From the IMG/VR virus record IMGVR_UViG_3300010340_000989, positions 1-64,000 of that record: DNA of 64,000 nt. One strand, 5' to 3'. Positions 17,951-29,034 of the stretch are shown here, piece by piece (the stretch's first letter is position 1; each line of letters begins with the position of its first letter). The DNA is from a virus. Lineage: Duplodnaviria > Caudoviricetes. The position numbers and the translations under genes are program-made. Below the pieces are notes generated by a model. The model did not search any database and was not told the origin of the DNA. It saw nothing but the letters and a program-made list of their open reading frames with translations.

Positions 17951-18901
17951 ATGAAATATGTAAAAACCTTTGAATCATTTAAAGATAAAAAAACTAAAGC
18001 AATAAATGAGGAATTTATTGGTGGTCTTTTTAAAAACCTTAAAAATAAAATATCTCTTGCATTTTCTAAAGATTTTGGAAATGCTAAGAAAGCAGATTCG
18101 ACTATCGAAGAATATAAAAAAGAAATATTATCAGTTCAATCTAAAAAGAAAATAGCCTTAAAAGCATATGGACAATATGTTAAAAGTGTAAAAGATGGTG
18201 GTGAAAAAGATGAAAACCAGTTAAAAACATTAATGGGTAATATTGAAACAGCTGATAAAAATTATGATCAACAAATTGAATTAATTAAAAAGAAATTTGA
18301 TATTAAATTCAAGGAAATTGTAGATGAAGAAAAAAATCCAAAAATACAAAATTATATAAATCTTAAAAAAATTGAAATGCAACAAGATTTACTTAATTCA
18401 GAAACTAATTCTTTATTATCAGAAGCTGGTCTTAAAGAAGAAGATGTTAAAGATGATCCAAATTTTCAAAAAATGTTAAAAGAAATTCAAGATAAAGCAA
18501 CAAGTGCTCAAAAATTAGCTGAACAACAAAAGAAAGAATTAGAATCTAAACAAGAAAAAGAAACTGGATTTGACATGGAAGCCGCTAAGAAATCAGCTGA
18601 TAAAGATGAGGTTTATATTTGGAAAGAATCACCTTTGATGCAACACACATTTGAGAAAGGTGAAAAAGTTAAATATTTTTCAAAAACAAATTACTTAGCT
18701 AATAAATCTGGGTATGATGGAACAGATGCTACTGTTGTTGAAATACAAGGGACAAAAGGTGATAAAGAAAGAATAGTTGTTAAAACTGCAACTGGACAAC
18801 CCGAAATTAATAAAGGTTCTATTATAAGTTCAGATTCATATAATAAAAAGAAATCTGAAGAATCTAAAAAAGAACAGAAAACACCGGAATCTGGAGTATA
18901 A
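17951..18901 (+). CDS. coiled-coil K/E-rich protein with capsid-targeting-like leader (putative internal head protein)
   Basis: MKYVKTFESF...AINEE; late promoter motif. Confidence 0.6.
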   Translation: MKYVKTFESFKDKKTKAINEEFIGGLFKNLKNKISLAFSKDFGNAKKADSTIEEYKKEILSVQSKKKIALKAYGQYVKSVKDGGEKDENQLKTLMGNIETADKNYDQQIELIKKKFDIKFKEIVDEEKNPKIQNYINLKKIEMQQDLLNSETNSLLSEAGLKEEDVKDDPNFQKMLKEIQDKATSAQKLAEQQKKELESKQEKETGFDMEAAKKSADKDEVYIWKESPLMQHTFEKGEKVKYFSKTNYLANKSGYDGTDATVVEIQGTKGDKERIVVKTATGQPEINKGSIISSDSYNKKKSEESKKEQKTPESGV

Positions 18902-18908
18902 ATAAATT

Positions 18909-19691
18909 ATGATAAATCTAACTAAATTAGAAATAGACAAAATCTATAAAAAGATTGATAAAATTGCCAAAAAAGGAAATGATAATTTTCTAGAATATTA
19001 TATTCTATTTGATGATTTAATAAAAAAAGGTAAATATTCATATTTAAAAGAATGCCTTGAATATAAATATGAGTATGATATATCCTTTATGGATATTCTC
19101 AGTGCTAAAAAAGAATCTTGGAAAGAAATTCTTTTTAGAACAAATTCATCATTTCAAGATTTTAAAAGGAATCTTTTGAAGTCTAAAGTTATGTATCAAT
19201 CTGGTTTATATTATTATAAAGATATTCCAACAACATCAGCGAGAGTAATTGATTTAACAGGTAAAGGTGCTGAATTAAATCCAATTATTCAAAGTGGGTC
19301 AGTTACTTCTATTTCAGTAATCCGAACTGGTAGTGGATATTCTGCATCTGCCTCAATTGTAATAACAGGGGGTCATGTTACAGCATCAGCGATTCCAATA
19401 ATAAGAGCAGGTAAAGTATATTCAGCACAAATATTAGCAACAGGGTCCGGACACAATATGACTCTAAGACTTGGTAAAATTGAAGAAAGTGATGAATATT
19501 TAGTTGATGTTTCAAATAAATTTACAAAAGATCTATACCAAAGGTTAATAGGAAATAAAACAACATATTTAACAGCAACTAAAGATGGATATACTTTTAG
19601 TGCAACTTTTTCTAGTTGGAATACAAATTATTCATATGATAAGAATATATCATCACTCTATACACAAGCTGTAAATTATCTATTATCTTAA
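18909..19691 (+). CDS. putative virion structural protein
   Basis: V.SISV...GSGY and V.SAQI...GSGH repeats typical of T4-like virion proteins. Confidence 0.55.
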   Translation: MINLTKLEIDKIYKKIDKIAKKGNDNFLEYYILFDDLIKKGKYSYLKECLEYKYEYDISFMDILSAKKESWKEILFRTNSSFQDFKRNLLKSKVMYQSGLYYYKDIPTTSARVIDLTGKGAELNPIIQSGSVTSISVIRTGSGYSASASIVITGGHVTASAIPIIRAGKVYSAQILATGSGHNMTLRLGKIEESDEYLVDVSNKFTKDLYQRLIGNKTTYLTATKDGYTFSATFSSWNTNYSYDKNISSLYTQAVNYLLS

Positions 19692-20188
19692 CATCCAAAA
19701 AAACCGTCAATATTTCTTTGTACAAAAATATCTCTATTTAACATAAGATATTCAACAACTTCTTCCCATCCTTTAAAATGATCAGATCCGAAGTGTATGT
19801 GTTTTCCTTCAAATTCAGTTTGACCATGTTCAATTTGATCATCGACTAAAAAATCTCCTTTTAAAAGTGATTTATCAACACACATAATAGTTTTAGCTTG
19901 CATGTCAAATCCAAGATGTGTTCTAATCCATTGTGCTTTTTCAGTATAACAAGATAAATTATGAACAGATGGTCTAGTTAGAATCCAAACGTCAAAATAA
20001 TTTTGTAAATGATTTATAGAATCTATAGCTAATGGCATAGGTTCTAGATTTAAAAAAAAACCAAATTGTGATTGTGGGTAGATTTGTGAAGGATTTAATT
20101 CTCTTTCACTATTATATAACTTTCTAAAGTCACATAAAACCCCATCCATATCTATATAAAGTCTTTTTTTTAATCTGCGTGTGTCCAT
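19688..20188 (-). CDS. 5'(3')-deoxyribonucleotidase (NT5C, HAD)
   Basis: IDMDGVLCDF, LEPMP, EK..W, DKSLL.GD.LVDD. Confidence 0.88.
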   Translation of the reverse strand: MDTRRLKKRLYIDMDGVLCDFRKLYNSERELNPSQIYPQSQFGFFLNLEPMPLAIDSINHLQNYFDVWILTRPSVHNLSCYTEKAQWIRTHLGFDMQAKTIMCVDKSLLKGDFLVDDQIEHGQTEFEGKHIHFGSDHFKGWEEVVEYLMLNRDIFVQRNIDGFFGC

Positions 20189-20574
20189 TTTAAATCTTTT
20201 AAATCTTCTTGTAAGAACTTTATTTTAGCATCTCTCATATCTGAAATTAATATTTTCCAAAAATCTTTGGAATACATTGCATGTGCTTTCCACCACTCAT
20301 CCACAAATTCATAAGGTTGATACTTGATACAATATTCTATCTCATTTATATTCATCCAATTATATGGATAAATACCATTATCTACTAATGAATCTGGTAG
20401 AATTGGTTTACCACCAGAGGCAGTAAAGTAAACTCTACCATCCTCAGTTAAAACTAAACTACCAAGTATCATTGATTCTTTATAATTCTTCTTAAAAACA
20501 AAAGTATCACTACAAGTCTTGTCACGGTAGTAATACTTTATTGTTGTATATGAAGGATCAGTCTTAAGTTTCAT
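20170..20574 (-). CDS. hypothetical protein with near-terminal tag
   Basis: RDAKIKFL near C-terminus. Confidence 0.65.
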   Translation of the reverse strand: MKLKTDPSYTTIKYYYRDKTCSDTFVFKKNYKESMILGSLVLTEDGRVYFTASGGKPILPDSLVDNGIYPYNWMNINEIEYCIKYQPYEFVDEWWKAHAMYSKDFWKILISDMRDAKIKFLQEDLKDLKWTHAD

Positions 20575-20616
20575 ACTATAAATATACGAAATTAATTATG
20601 ATATAGTCAATTTAAA

Positions 20617-21093
20617 TTAATCAACTGAAACTTCATACATACCATCGATGTATTCCTGATACATTCCTTTTTCTTTTATTAGATTAATGATTGTAGTTGT
20701 TATTTCGAATTCAGGTTTAACAAATACAACTGTATTCTTATTAAGAACTAAATCTATATCATTTTCAGAAGACCAATCATTAACCAATGCAATAATTTGA
20801 TTGAAGTTTTTTTCCAACTCTTCATTTTGTTTCGTCATAATATTAGCACGGAAGTCAGATTCTGCTTGAACAGCATTATTTTGCAAATCTCTAAATCTAT
20901 TTTGATTTTTTTGATGAGTTGCATCATCTAAAATTAGAGATTTAGAACTATTAACAATTCCTTCCATTTCTTTTTTAATAGAATCAACTAAATTTGAGAA
21001 TTCTTGTTTGTCTTTTTGAATAGATTTTAATGATTGATGATAAGGTTCAAAATTTTTTAATACTTCTTCAAAGTCTAAAATATAAGTCTTCAT
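20617..21093 (-). CDS. Skp/OmpH-like chaperone without signal peptide
   Basis: YILDFEEVL, long coiled coil, IDLVLNK..VVF, EIT..II. Confidence 0.7.
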   Translation of the reverse strand: MKTYILDFEEVLKNFEPYHQSLKSIQKDKQEFSNLVDSIKKEMEGIVNSSKSLILDDATHQKNQNRFRDLQNNAVQAESDFRANIMTKQNEELEKNFNQIIALVNDWSSENDIDLVLNKNTVVFVKPEFEITTTIINLIKEKGMYQEYIDGMYEVSVD

Positions 21094-21107
21094 AAATTTT
21101 TTATTTT

Positions 21108-21133
21108 TTATATGTTTATTAATTAATAAGTTT
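21108..21133 (-). promoter_or_regulatory. putative middle-type promoter AAACTT-N13-CATATAA
   Basis: Recurrent bipartite motif. Confidence 0.45.
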
Positions 21134-22025
21134 AGAAAGTTTTTAGATCTAAAATTTTATTTAGAGTGTTATTTCTTTTATATTTCTTTTTATATTCTAT
21201 AAATTCATTATACTTATCATGTTTTCTTTCTAATCTAATATTTTCAGAATCCTTATACATAAACTCACACAAATTGTAAATAGATTCCGAGTCATGAATG
21301 CATAGTTGTGAAGATTTTCCCAACTTATCAACAACTATTCTAATTTTATATCTCACATTTATTTCATCTAAAATATTTGATAAAAAATTCCAATTTTGTC
21401 CGCTAGAAGATGAGAAATAAACTGCAGTTTGTCTATAGTTTTTACCAGAATTTGAAATTGTTATACACCCATCACCATCAAATAATCCCCTAAGAAAATG
21501 ACTTTTAAGATTATTAAATCTATTATAAATTGAGGTTCCATTTTCTTTTTCTCTGTAATTATTAGATATAAGATAACTACCTAAATCATCAGAAGAAATC
21601 CAGTGTGTTGACATTGTATTTTTTCCAATAGACTTTTTATTCTCACTATTAAAATGTCTCCAATTAAGTTCTTTAAATAAATTGGTAAAAATAAAAGAGT
21701 CATATTCTACACAAGAATGTTTAACTACTTTTGTTTTATTTTTATTATTAGAGAAGGCAACATGTCCGTCAGTCCAAATTACCCCGAGTATATAAGCTAT
21801 TTTTGGATTTTTAACATCTATATAATCAGAAACTGTTATAATATTTTTATTTTTAAATCTACTATTTTCAATTATATCTTTATTAACTTTTAATTTATTT
21901 CTAAAAGCGAATGATATTACCGTTGATTTTTTAATAGAAAGCTCATCAGAACAATATTTGGCACCCTTTTGTGTATAATTTTCTAAAATAAAGTCAATTT
22001 CTTTCTCAGTTAATTTCTTTCTCAT
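21132..22025 (-). CDS. LAGLIDADG homing endonuclease
   Basis: AYILGVIWTDG, FLRGLFDGDG; TAATATATA at 22030-22038 (-); ends RNNTLNKIL. Confidence 0.85.
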   Translation of the reverse strand: MRKKLTEKEIDFILENYTQKGAKYCSDELSIKKSTVISFAFRNKLKVNKDIIENSRFKNKNIITVSDYIDVKNPKIAYILGVIWTDGHVAFSNNKNKTKVVKHSCVEYDSFIFTNLFKELNWRHFNSENKKSIGKNTMSTHWISSDDLGSYLISNNYREKENGTSIYNRFNNLKSHFLRGLFDGDGCITISNSGKNYRQTAVYFSSSSGQNWNFLSNILDEINVRYKIRIVVDKLGKSSQLCIHDSESIYNLCEFMYKDSENIRLERKHDKYNEFIEYKKKYKRNNTLNKILDLKTF

Positions 22026-22046
22026 TATGTATATATTAACAAATGG

Positions 22047-22793
22047 TTATTCCCAATTGTAATCTTTAAGATAATTATCTAAAGTATCCACTAGATCAAG
22101 TGATTTATGTATTATAGCTTCTTGAGATGGACCTATATGTACCAAATAGGATCCTCTTATGTTAAATCCCCATTCTCTCAATATCAACGAATAAAGAGAA
22201 ACCTGAATTGAATATTCATTTAAATGGTTTTGATATAAATCTTCAAATGGTGATAAGAGTTTATTATATCGACCACTTTTATGATCATCTGTTTTAAACT
22301 CTGAATTACTTTTCCAATCGACAATGAATAATTTTCCTTTATAAAGGAAAATAGAATCTATTGTACCAGCTAGTGGATATATTTTTGAAAAAATCCGTAA
22401 TTCGAATTTAACTGGAGTTAATTTAAATAAATGTTTAGCATAGATAATATTGAACTTATTAATCCTGTCAACAATATCCAAATCATCTGGAATCCATTGT
22501 GGTATTTGATTATAATAATTCTCAATCCATTCATGTGTTGAATGACCGACAAAATTTGCTCTATCATTTTTATCTTTCCATTCTTTTAAAATCCATTCTT
22601 GTGGCACACCAGCTTCTTCAGCTTTTTTCTTTGACCAAAAATCTTCTTCAAATGGTTTGTGAAAATTTTTAAGAAAAGTTGTTACTGATGTATATTGCTT
22701 ACCACCATAAGTATATCGATGGTATTTTGGATCAAACTTAAAATTAGGATCTTTAAAACATTTAAAGCTATCAATTAATTTAGAAATCATCAC
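22047..22793 (-). CDS. PD-(D/E)xK superfamily exonuclease
   Basis: SVTT, G...H, E, GTIDSIF, IVDWKSN, Y..Q.S.Y. Confidence 0.8.
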   Translation of the reverse strand: MMISKLIDSFKCFKDPNFKFDPKYHRYTYGGKQYTSVTTFLKNFHKPFEEDFWSKKKAEEAGVPQEWILKEWKDKNDRANFVGHSTHEWIENYYNQIPQWIPDDLDIVDRINKFNIIYAKHLFKLTPVKFELRIFSKIYPLAGTIDSIFLYKGKLFIVDWKSNSEFKTDDHKSGRYNKLLSPFEDLYQNHLNEYSIQVSLYSLILREWGFNIRGSYLVHIGPSQEAIIHKSLDLVDTLDNYLKDYNWE

Positions 22794-22832
22794 ATATTAT
22801 ATGTGATGATTATCATTTGGTTTAAAATCTAA

Positions 22833-24146
22833 TTAAAATGTTTCACTATCAACCATCGGATGTTCTGATACACCATCCTCATTATTATATCGAGTTATAA
22901 CATTCTCAAGAGTAGAATAAATATCATAGTAAGGATTTCTCAAACTTCTACCACCACTTCTCCCTATCATGTTTTTAAGTCGAATCTCTTCTTGTCTTTT
23001 TTCATTTTCTAATAGTCTATTTATAAAATCTTTTCTATCATTTAAAAGTTTTATATCAACTTTTTCAATATCGTTATAAATATAATCCCTTAAATCTTCA
23101 TCATACTTAGATTCGGTTTTTAGTAACCATTTATCCAAAGTTTCTGAATAATTAAGATTATCTCTATTTGTATAGAGATTGTGTTCAGGAATAAATTGTA
23201 GACTTCCTTGGTGGTGCCAATCTTTTGATATTGAATCAAATTCAAGACATTCAGCTGTAGCATATCTACCATCTGGACTCATAAGTACTTTATAATCATT
23301 TTGATGGTTTTCAAAATGTGATGGTTTATAATTATACAATTTACCATTTTTAGTATCTAACCATTTAAAAGTATCTAAATATGGATAGTATTCATAATTC
23401 CAACTATTCAATTGTATTTCAAAATTACCATCAAAATTTTCAGAATTATTAACCAATTGGATTGTATTTGCCCAATTTTGTTTCATTTTATATGAATATC
23501 CATTATTTTTTGCCCATTTTTTAAAATAAAATTGGTAATCCTCATCATTTGTCGTATAGATTCTATCCATGATTTTATTATCATTAAAATCCCAGAGTAA
23601 TGCACGACCAATTAAATAATTTTCATTATTTTTCATAATTAACATGGATATCGCATCATTATCTTTATAAAAATCCAAAAATCTTTGGCATCTATCATAT
23701 TTCATACAAGAATTACCAAGTGATCCTCCACCTGATGAATATGTATTTTGGCCATAATATTTTACTATATCTCTACCACGAACTACTTCAAAATTAAATT
23801 CTTTCATACAAGAAAATGATCTAAATAAAGTTGAGAATTTTTCTATTTCTTTTTCAGAAATATCACGAAATATTTTATTAATAACTGTTCCTGGTTTACC
23901 GTGAAATCTTTTAGAAGAAACCCAAAATTCTTCACTTGGAATTTTTGTTGCACGGTCTCTAGTTAGATACGATATCTTACTTAAATCTGAATCAGATATA
24001 GATAAAAAACTAACTGGTTCACCAACAAGAAAATCTTCTCTAATATATTCTGATAGAAGTAGATCGGCAACAATTGACTCATTTTTAAAATGAGAGAGGA
24101 TTTCTCTCAAGCTGTCAGATATCAATATATTTTTTACGTTTTGCAT
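22833..24146 (-). CDS. conserved phage hypothetical protein (NSCM / RALLW / MDRIY motifs)
   Basis: 437-aa ORF; GSLGNSCM, GRALLW, MDRIY, PYLDTF; function not assignable. Confidence 0.7.
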   Translation of the reverse strand: MQNVKNILISDSLREILSHFKNESIVADLLLSEYIREDFLVGEPVSFLSISDSDLSKISYLTRDRATKIPSEEFWVSSKRFHGKPGTVINKIFRDISEKEIEKFSTLFRSFSCMKEFNFEVVRGRDIVKYYGQNTYSSGGGSLGNSCMKYDRCQRFLDFYKDNDAISMLIMKNNENYLIGRALLWDFNDNKIMDRIYTTNDEDYQFYFKKWAKNNGYSYKMKQNWANTIQLVNNSENFDGNFEIQLNSWNYEYYPYLDTFKWLDTKNGKLYNYKPSHFENHQNDYKVLMSPDGRYATAECLEFDSISKDWHHQGSLQFIPEHNLYTNRDNLNYSETLDKWLLKTESKYDEDLRDYIYNDIEKVDIKLLNDRKDFINRLLENEKRQEEIRLKNMIGRSGGRSLRNPYYDIYSTLENVITRYNNEDGVSEHPMVDSETF

Positions 24147-24153
24147 TATAATG

Positions 24154-24612
24154 TTATTTAATGTTATTAAATGTTAATATTCTCAGTTCACAATCATTAT
24201 GAAGCTTTTTTAATGAATAATAAAGCTTCTTACCTTCATTTGTCAATTCTCTAAATCCACAACACCAGGGGTTGATTCTATCATTATATTCATAAGAATA
24301 TAATGACCATCCTAATAATATACTCGTAACAAGTGGAAAATTTTGACCATTAAAATATTCTTTTGTTTCAAAATCTTGTGATAGATCATTTATAACATCC
24401 TCAATATTTTTATTTGAAGTTAGAATATTTTTATTAGGAGTAATATCATCACCACAAAAATTACCAATAATAGGTAGTTGAACATTCGCATCTACTTCCC
24501 CATGAGCAACAAGATACACCATAGTTTTTCCAGAATCGATCATCTTGATTGAACGATTATTTTGATTAGGGAAATTAACAAACCCAGTTATTTCATAATC
24601 TGTTAGTATCAT
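24154..24612 (-). CDS. hypothetical protein
   Basis: ORF in operon. Confidence 0.7.
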   Translation of the reverse strand: MILTDYEITGFVNFPNQNNRSIKMIDSGKTMVYLVAHGEVDANVQLPIIGNFCGDDITPNKNILTSNKNIEDVINDLSQDFETKEYFNGQNFPLVTSILLGWSLYSYEYNDRINPWCCGFRELTNEGKKLYYSLKKLHNDCELRILTFNNIK

Positions 24613-25472
24613 AATCCAAGTTCTTCTAGTATTTGGTTTCTAACTGAGCATTGTGTTATTGACATAATTCTTTCAGTCTCACGTTTAACAACATGAGAAT
24701 CTTGTTTACTAAATATTCTTAAATATGTTTGGAAAACCCAAAAAGCATCTAAATAGAAATCATTAGTGTTATTAATAACAAGTTTATCTGATTGTGTTCT
24801 GAGTGTTAAATATTGAGAGTCCGTTAATTTAAGTCTACCTTCTGATGCGTAGTGAATAATAGAATTTTTAAGTGAATCAAATTTTAGATGATCTGATTTA
24901 ACTTCAATATCTTTAATAATACATTTTTGAAGATTAGATAGTGAAATTTTATGACCAACTAATGATTTAATCGATTCAATTTGTTCGTTGAATGTTTCAC
25001 CATTAAGTCCAGTTGAAGCGATTTCAGCAGCTTGTGTAACACCTCGAAGATGTTTTTTAGTTAAGCCAAGATTTTTAATAGATGATACTAAATAATAATT
25101 TTTAGCATCACAATAAAGACCAGCATTAAAGCTTAATCTACGAGATTTATCAGAGGAATTTAGTATAAAAAATGATTTATGAAAGCTAACTCCTTCAATT
25201 TCAATTGAATCACTCAAAAGAGTTAATTCTTGTATTCCTTTAGTGATTCTAAAATGATATTTAGTAATATTAAAATTACGTTCAATTGTATCAATTTTAT
25301 CTTTTAAGTAAGATATGATATCAAAAATTTCATATCTATTAGAGACATCACTAATTGATGTAACTGTGTCTCGATATTTAGTAACAACTTGGCTACCAAC
25401 TTGTTCAATCGATATAAGATTAATCTTATCAATTAACTCTTGTTTATTGTAGTTTAAAAAGCTTCTTCTCAT
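24609..25472 (-). CDS. DUF932-like protein with C-terminal tag
   Basis: S.RYE, FILNSSD.S..L.F.AGL, KKH; ends RNQILEELGL. Confidence 0.55.
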   Translation of the reverse strand: MRRSFLNYNKQELIDKINLISIEQVGSQVVTKYRDTVTSISDVSNRYEIFDIISYLKDKIDTIERNFNITKYHFRITKGIQELTLLSDSIEIEGVSFHKSFFILNSSDKSRRLSFNAGLYCDAKNYYLVSSIKNLGLTKKHLRGVTQAAEIASTGLNGETFNEQIESIKSLVGHKISLSNLQKCIIKDIEVKSDHLKFDSLKNSIIHYASEGRLKLTDSQYLTLRTQSDKLVINNTNDFYLDAFWVFQTYLRIFSKQDSHVVKRETERIMSITQCSVRNQILEELGL

Positions 25473-25486
25473 ATTTTTTGTTTAGA

Positions 25487-25518
25487 CAAATGTAACTATA
25501 AAATTTTATTTTGACAAA
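25487..25518 (-). promoter_or_regulatory. Bacteroidota primary-sigma promoter TTTG-N20-TACATTTG
   Basis: -33 TTTG (25515-25518) and -7 TAnnTTTG (25487-25494) with canonical spacing. Confidence 0.65.
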
Positions 25519-25552
25519 TTATTCCTAAACTACTTTTCGAAAGCTTCTCATT

Positions 25553-25561
25553 TAATATATA
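25553..25561 (+). promoter_or_regulatory. putative late promoter TAATATATA
   Basis: Upstream of collagen fibre gene. Confidence 0.6.
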
Positions 25562-25584
25562 AAAGAAATTAAAAATTTTTAATT

Positions 25585-28500
25585 ATGCCAATTAGTGGAA
25601 CAGTATCATTACCAACTGGTGGACCATATTTATCAACATATCAACCTAGTACTATATTTGAAAGTGAATTTAAGTGGGATGATGGACAGGTCTATAAAGG
25701 TTGGGCAGATGTAGCTTTAAGACTTCCTGATAATAGTGGCAATCAAATTTTAGCTAAAGATGTCAGAGATCCATTATGGACTCTTTGGAATTTAGTTGGA
25801 ATAGCTTTATCTAATGCAGGTTCTTCCGGACCAACTGGTGTTCAAGGTATTCAAGGTATTACTGGTCCACAAGGTAATAAAGGGGAAATAGGTTATCAAG
25901 GTAAAACTGGACCACAAGGTGTTCAAGGTAAAGAAGGACCACAAGGATGGCAAGGCACTCAAGGCATTACTGGACCACAAGGACAAAAAGGAGATTTAGG
26001 AGATCCTAATGGATTCACAGGACCAACAGGGGTTCAAGGTCCAACTGGACCTCAAGGAACAGGACCTCAAGGTCTTACTGGACCTCAAGGTAATCAGGGT
26101 TATTTTGGTCCAACTGGATATCAAGGTTCTCAAGGAAATACTGGACCGGCTGGACCAACAGGTGCAAAAGGTGATATAGGCGGGGCTGGATTAGAAGGAC
26201 CAACTGGTCCACAAGGATGGCAAGGTACTCAAGGATGGCAAGGTAGTGGAAATACTGGAGTACAAGGCCCAACTGGACCACAAGGATGGCAAGGAATTAC
26301 AGGTCCTCAAGGTGTTCAAGGACCAACTGGTGTTCAAGGATTAACAGGACCGACTGGTCCTCAAGGTATAACAGGACCAACTGGTGTTCAAGGACCACAA
26401 GGAACAACAGGATCAAACGCGTTTACATATACAACACAACCTGATGCGATGCCTTTAGTAGGTTCAGCAATTGTTTCATTTGCTGTACAAGATTCAACAT
26501 GGGCTGGTGTTGGTCAGATTGTTTATGTTGAAAATGCCGGATACTTTTTAGTAAATTCAGTACCAACAACAACAACATTAAATTTAACAAATTTAGGATA
26601 TCCAGGAAATGTTGCTCCAGGAACAGGAATTCCAATAGGATCTCATGTTAGTCCAGCTGGACTAATTGGACCACAAGGTGGGACTTTCTATGGTGGTCCA
26701 AAAGGAGATCAAGGACCAACAGGTCCAGAAGGTCCAGTATTATATGTTGGTAATACTGGTGGAACTGGTAGTATTGGTCCTCAGGGAGCTACTGGATATG
26801 GGCCTACCGGACCACAAGGTATAACAGGGCCCATTGGTGATACAGGTAATACAGGATCACAAGGTAATACTGGGTCATTAGGTAATACTGGTTTCCAAGG
26901 AAATAGTGGACCTCAAGGAAATAGTGGACCTCAAGGATTTACTGGACCACAAGGCTCTGGAAGATTAGGAGCTACTGGTCAAACAGGTGCTCAAGGTATA
27001 GAGGGACCAACAGGTGTTCAAGGAAACACTGGATCACAAGGACCAACAGGTATATCCGTTACCGGTGCTCAAGGTATAACAGGACCTACTGGGGTTCAAG
27101 GAAATACTGGATCACAAGGACCAACAGGTATATCTGTTACTGGTGCTCAAGGTATAACAGGACCTATTGGTACTCAGGGTATGACAGGACCACAAGGTAT
27201 AACAGGACCAGCAGGTACTGGTGCGCAGGGATTAAGTGGGCCAAAAGGAAATACTGGATCACAAGGGCCAACTGGTACTCAGGGTGTTGCTGGTAATGAT
27301 GGTAATGATGGTGACATTGGACCAACAGGATATCAAGGTGTTCAAGGACCAACCGGAATTCAAGGATTAACAGGTCCTCAAGGTATAACAGGACCAACAG
27401 GGTCTCAAGGTGTTCAAGGGCCTACTGGGGTTCAAGGATTAACAGGACCTCAAGGTATAACAGGACCAACAGGGTCTCAAGGTGTTCAAGGACCAACTGG
27501 TGTTCAAGGATTAACAGGTCCTCAAGGTAGAACTGGACCTCAAGGTGTTCAAGGACCAACTGGTGTTCAAGGACCAACTGGTGTTCAAGGATTAACAGGT
27601 CCTCAAGGATTTGGATCAACTGGACCAACAGGTGTTCAAGGACCAACAGGTGTTCAAGGATTAACAGGACCTCAAGGTAGAACTGGACCAACTGGTGTTC
27701 AAGGTGTTCAAGGACCAACAGGTGTTCAAGGATTAACAGGACCTCAAGGTAGAACAGGACCAACAGGGTCTCAAGGTGTTCAGGGAATCACAGGACCTCA
27801 AGGTAGAACTGGTCCAACTGGACCAACCGGTAGTCAAGGTACTCAAGGTGTTCAAGGATTAACAGGACCTCAAGGTAGAACAGGACCAACAGGTGTTCAA
27901 GGATTTACGGGACCTCAGGGGTTTACAGGTGCACAAGGTGCTACTGGTCCGTCAGGTACTCAAATATTTCTTGATTTATTTGCTGGTCTTACAAATTCTG
28001 GTGTTACTTATGGAACAATTTATAATATAAATACATCTTCACAAAGTCATGTAGATTATTATGGTAATTCAGATTATATACCATCTACTATGGTGGTACC
28101 ATCCACAGTACCAGATTCATATGGAAGTTCAACAACTGTTCCGAATCCATTAACTTGGTTGGTTGGATTAACCGCTGGTTATTTTAGTCATTTAAATATT
28201 GTTCAAGTTTTAAATATGATTCTTTTCCCACCAGTTCCTGCATCATACACACCACCTATTTTAGTATTATCAATCAATGATAGTTCATTAAGAGCTGTTG
28301 GTGCAACATTTACACCAGTATTAACTTTAACATATACTAAGAATGATAGTGGAACTGCTAGTGGATATACATTTAATAGAACTTCCCCATCTCCTGCTTT
28401 AACACCTTTATCTTCAACTATATCTATATCAAATACTTCGACAATATCACAAACCTTACACACAACAATACCAACAACATTTACATGGACTGGAACTAAT

Positions 28501-29001
28501 TCTCATATAAGTGGTCCACAAAAATATGATACTTATGGAAATCCAACTCCTATACCAATTTCGGTTGGTGCAGTTAGTAGTATGGTTAGTTCACCAACTA
28601 GTGTATCAGTTCAAACAATTTGGCCATATTTTGTTGGTAAAGTTGATCAGACATTTACAAATATTACATCATCTGATGTAATAACATATGGTACTGCAAT
28701 ATTGGCACAATCTAATGCTAATATTAGTGTTAATTTTGGAACGATTGCAACGGAAAAAGGATTTTTTGCGATACCTCAATCAGAAGGATCACAAACAACA
28801 GCAACTTATTTAAGTTGGATAGATTCGGTAAATACAAATAATAAAGAAAATATACCAGGAACTTTATTTAATGGATCACCATTTATAGTTAGTAATGTTT
28901 CTTATAATGGATTATCTCATACTTATAGTGTTTATTTCTTCACATATTCTACTGCCACTCAAGGTCCATGGACTATTCAAACGACTGCACTACCATCATA
29001 A
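25585..29001 (+). CDS. collagen-like (Gly-X-Y) virion fibre protein with beta-rich C-terminal domain
   Basis: Extensive GPT/GPQ/GVQ triplets interrupted by one globular insert; T/S-rich C-terminus. Confidence 0.85.
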   Translation: MPISGTVSLPTGGPYLSTYQPSTIFESEFKWDDGQVYKGWADVALRLPDNSGNQILAKDVRDPLWTLWNLVGIALSNAGSSGPTGVQGIQGITGPQGNKGEIGYQGKTGPQGVQGKEGPQGWQGTQGITGPQGQKGDLGDPNGFTGPTGVQGPTGPQGTGPQGLTGPQGNQGYFGPTGYQGSQGNTGPAGPTGAKGDIGGAGLEGPTGPQGWQGTQGWQGSGNTGVQGPTGPQGWQGITGPQGVQGPTGVQGLTGPTGPQGITGPTGVQGPQGTTGSNAFTYTTQPDAMPLVGSAIVSFAVQDSTWAGVGQIVYVENAGYFLVNSVPTTTTLNLTNLGYPGNVAPGTGIPIGSHVSPAGLIGPQGGTFYGGPKGDQGPTGPEGPVLYVGNTGGTGSIGPQGATGYGPTGPQGITGPIGDTGNTGSQGNTGSLGNTGFQGNSGPQGNSGPQGFTGPQGSGRLGATGQTGAQGIEGPTGVQGNTGSQGPTGISVTGAQGITGPTGVQGNTGSQGPTGISVTGAQGITGPIGTQGMTGPQGITGPAGTGAQGLSGPKGNTGSQGPTGTQGVAGNDGNDGDIGPTGYQGVQGPTGIQGLTGPQGITGPTGSQGVQGPTGVQGLTGPQGITGPTGSQGVQGPTGVQGLTGPQGRTGPQGVQGPTGVQGPTGVQGLTGPQGFGSTGPTGVQGPTGVQGLTGPQGRTGPTGVQGVQGPTGVQGLTGPQGRTGPTGSQGVQGITGPQGRTGPTGPTGSQGTQGVQGLTGPQGRTGPTGVQGFTGPQGFTGAQGATGPSGTQIFLDLFAGLTNSGVTYGTIYNINTSSQSHVDYYGNSDYIPSTMVVPSTVPDSYGSSTTVPNPLTWLVGLTAGYFSHLNIVQVLNMILFPPVPASYTPPILVLSINDSSLRAVGATFTPVLTLTYTKNDSGTASGYTFNRTSPSPALTPLSSTISISNTSTISQTLHTTIPTTFTWTGTNSHISGPQKYDTYGNPTPIPISVGAVSSMVSSPTSVSVQTIWPYFVGKVDQTFTNITSSDVITYGTAILAQSNANISVNFGTIATEKGFFAIPQSEGSQTTATYLSWIDSVNTNNKENIPGTLFNGSPFIVSNVSYNGLSHTYSVYFFTYSTATQGPWTIQTTALPS

Positions 29002-29016
29002 CGTGATAAATTATTT

Positions 29017-29025
29017 TAATATATA
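29017..29025 (+). promoter_or_regulatory. putative late promoter TAATATATA
   Basis: Recurrent motif. Confidence 0.6.
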
Positions 29026-29034
29026 GATTTAATA

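Noticed and set aside
22047-22793. Cas4 call
   Set aside because: Lacks the four-Cys Fe-S ligands; kept as generic PD-(D/E)xK nuclease.
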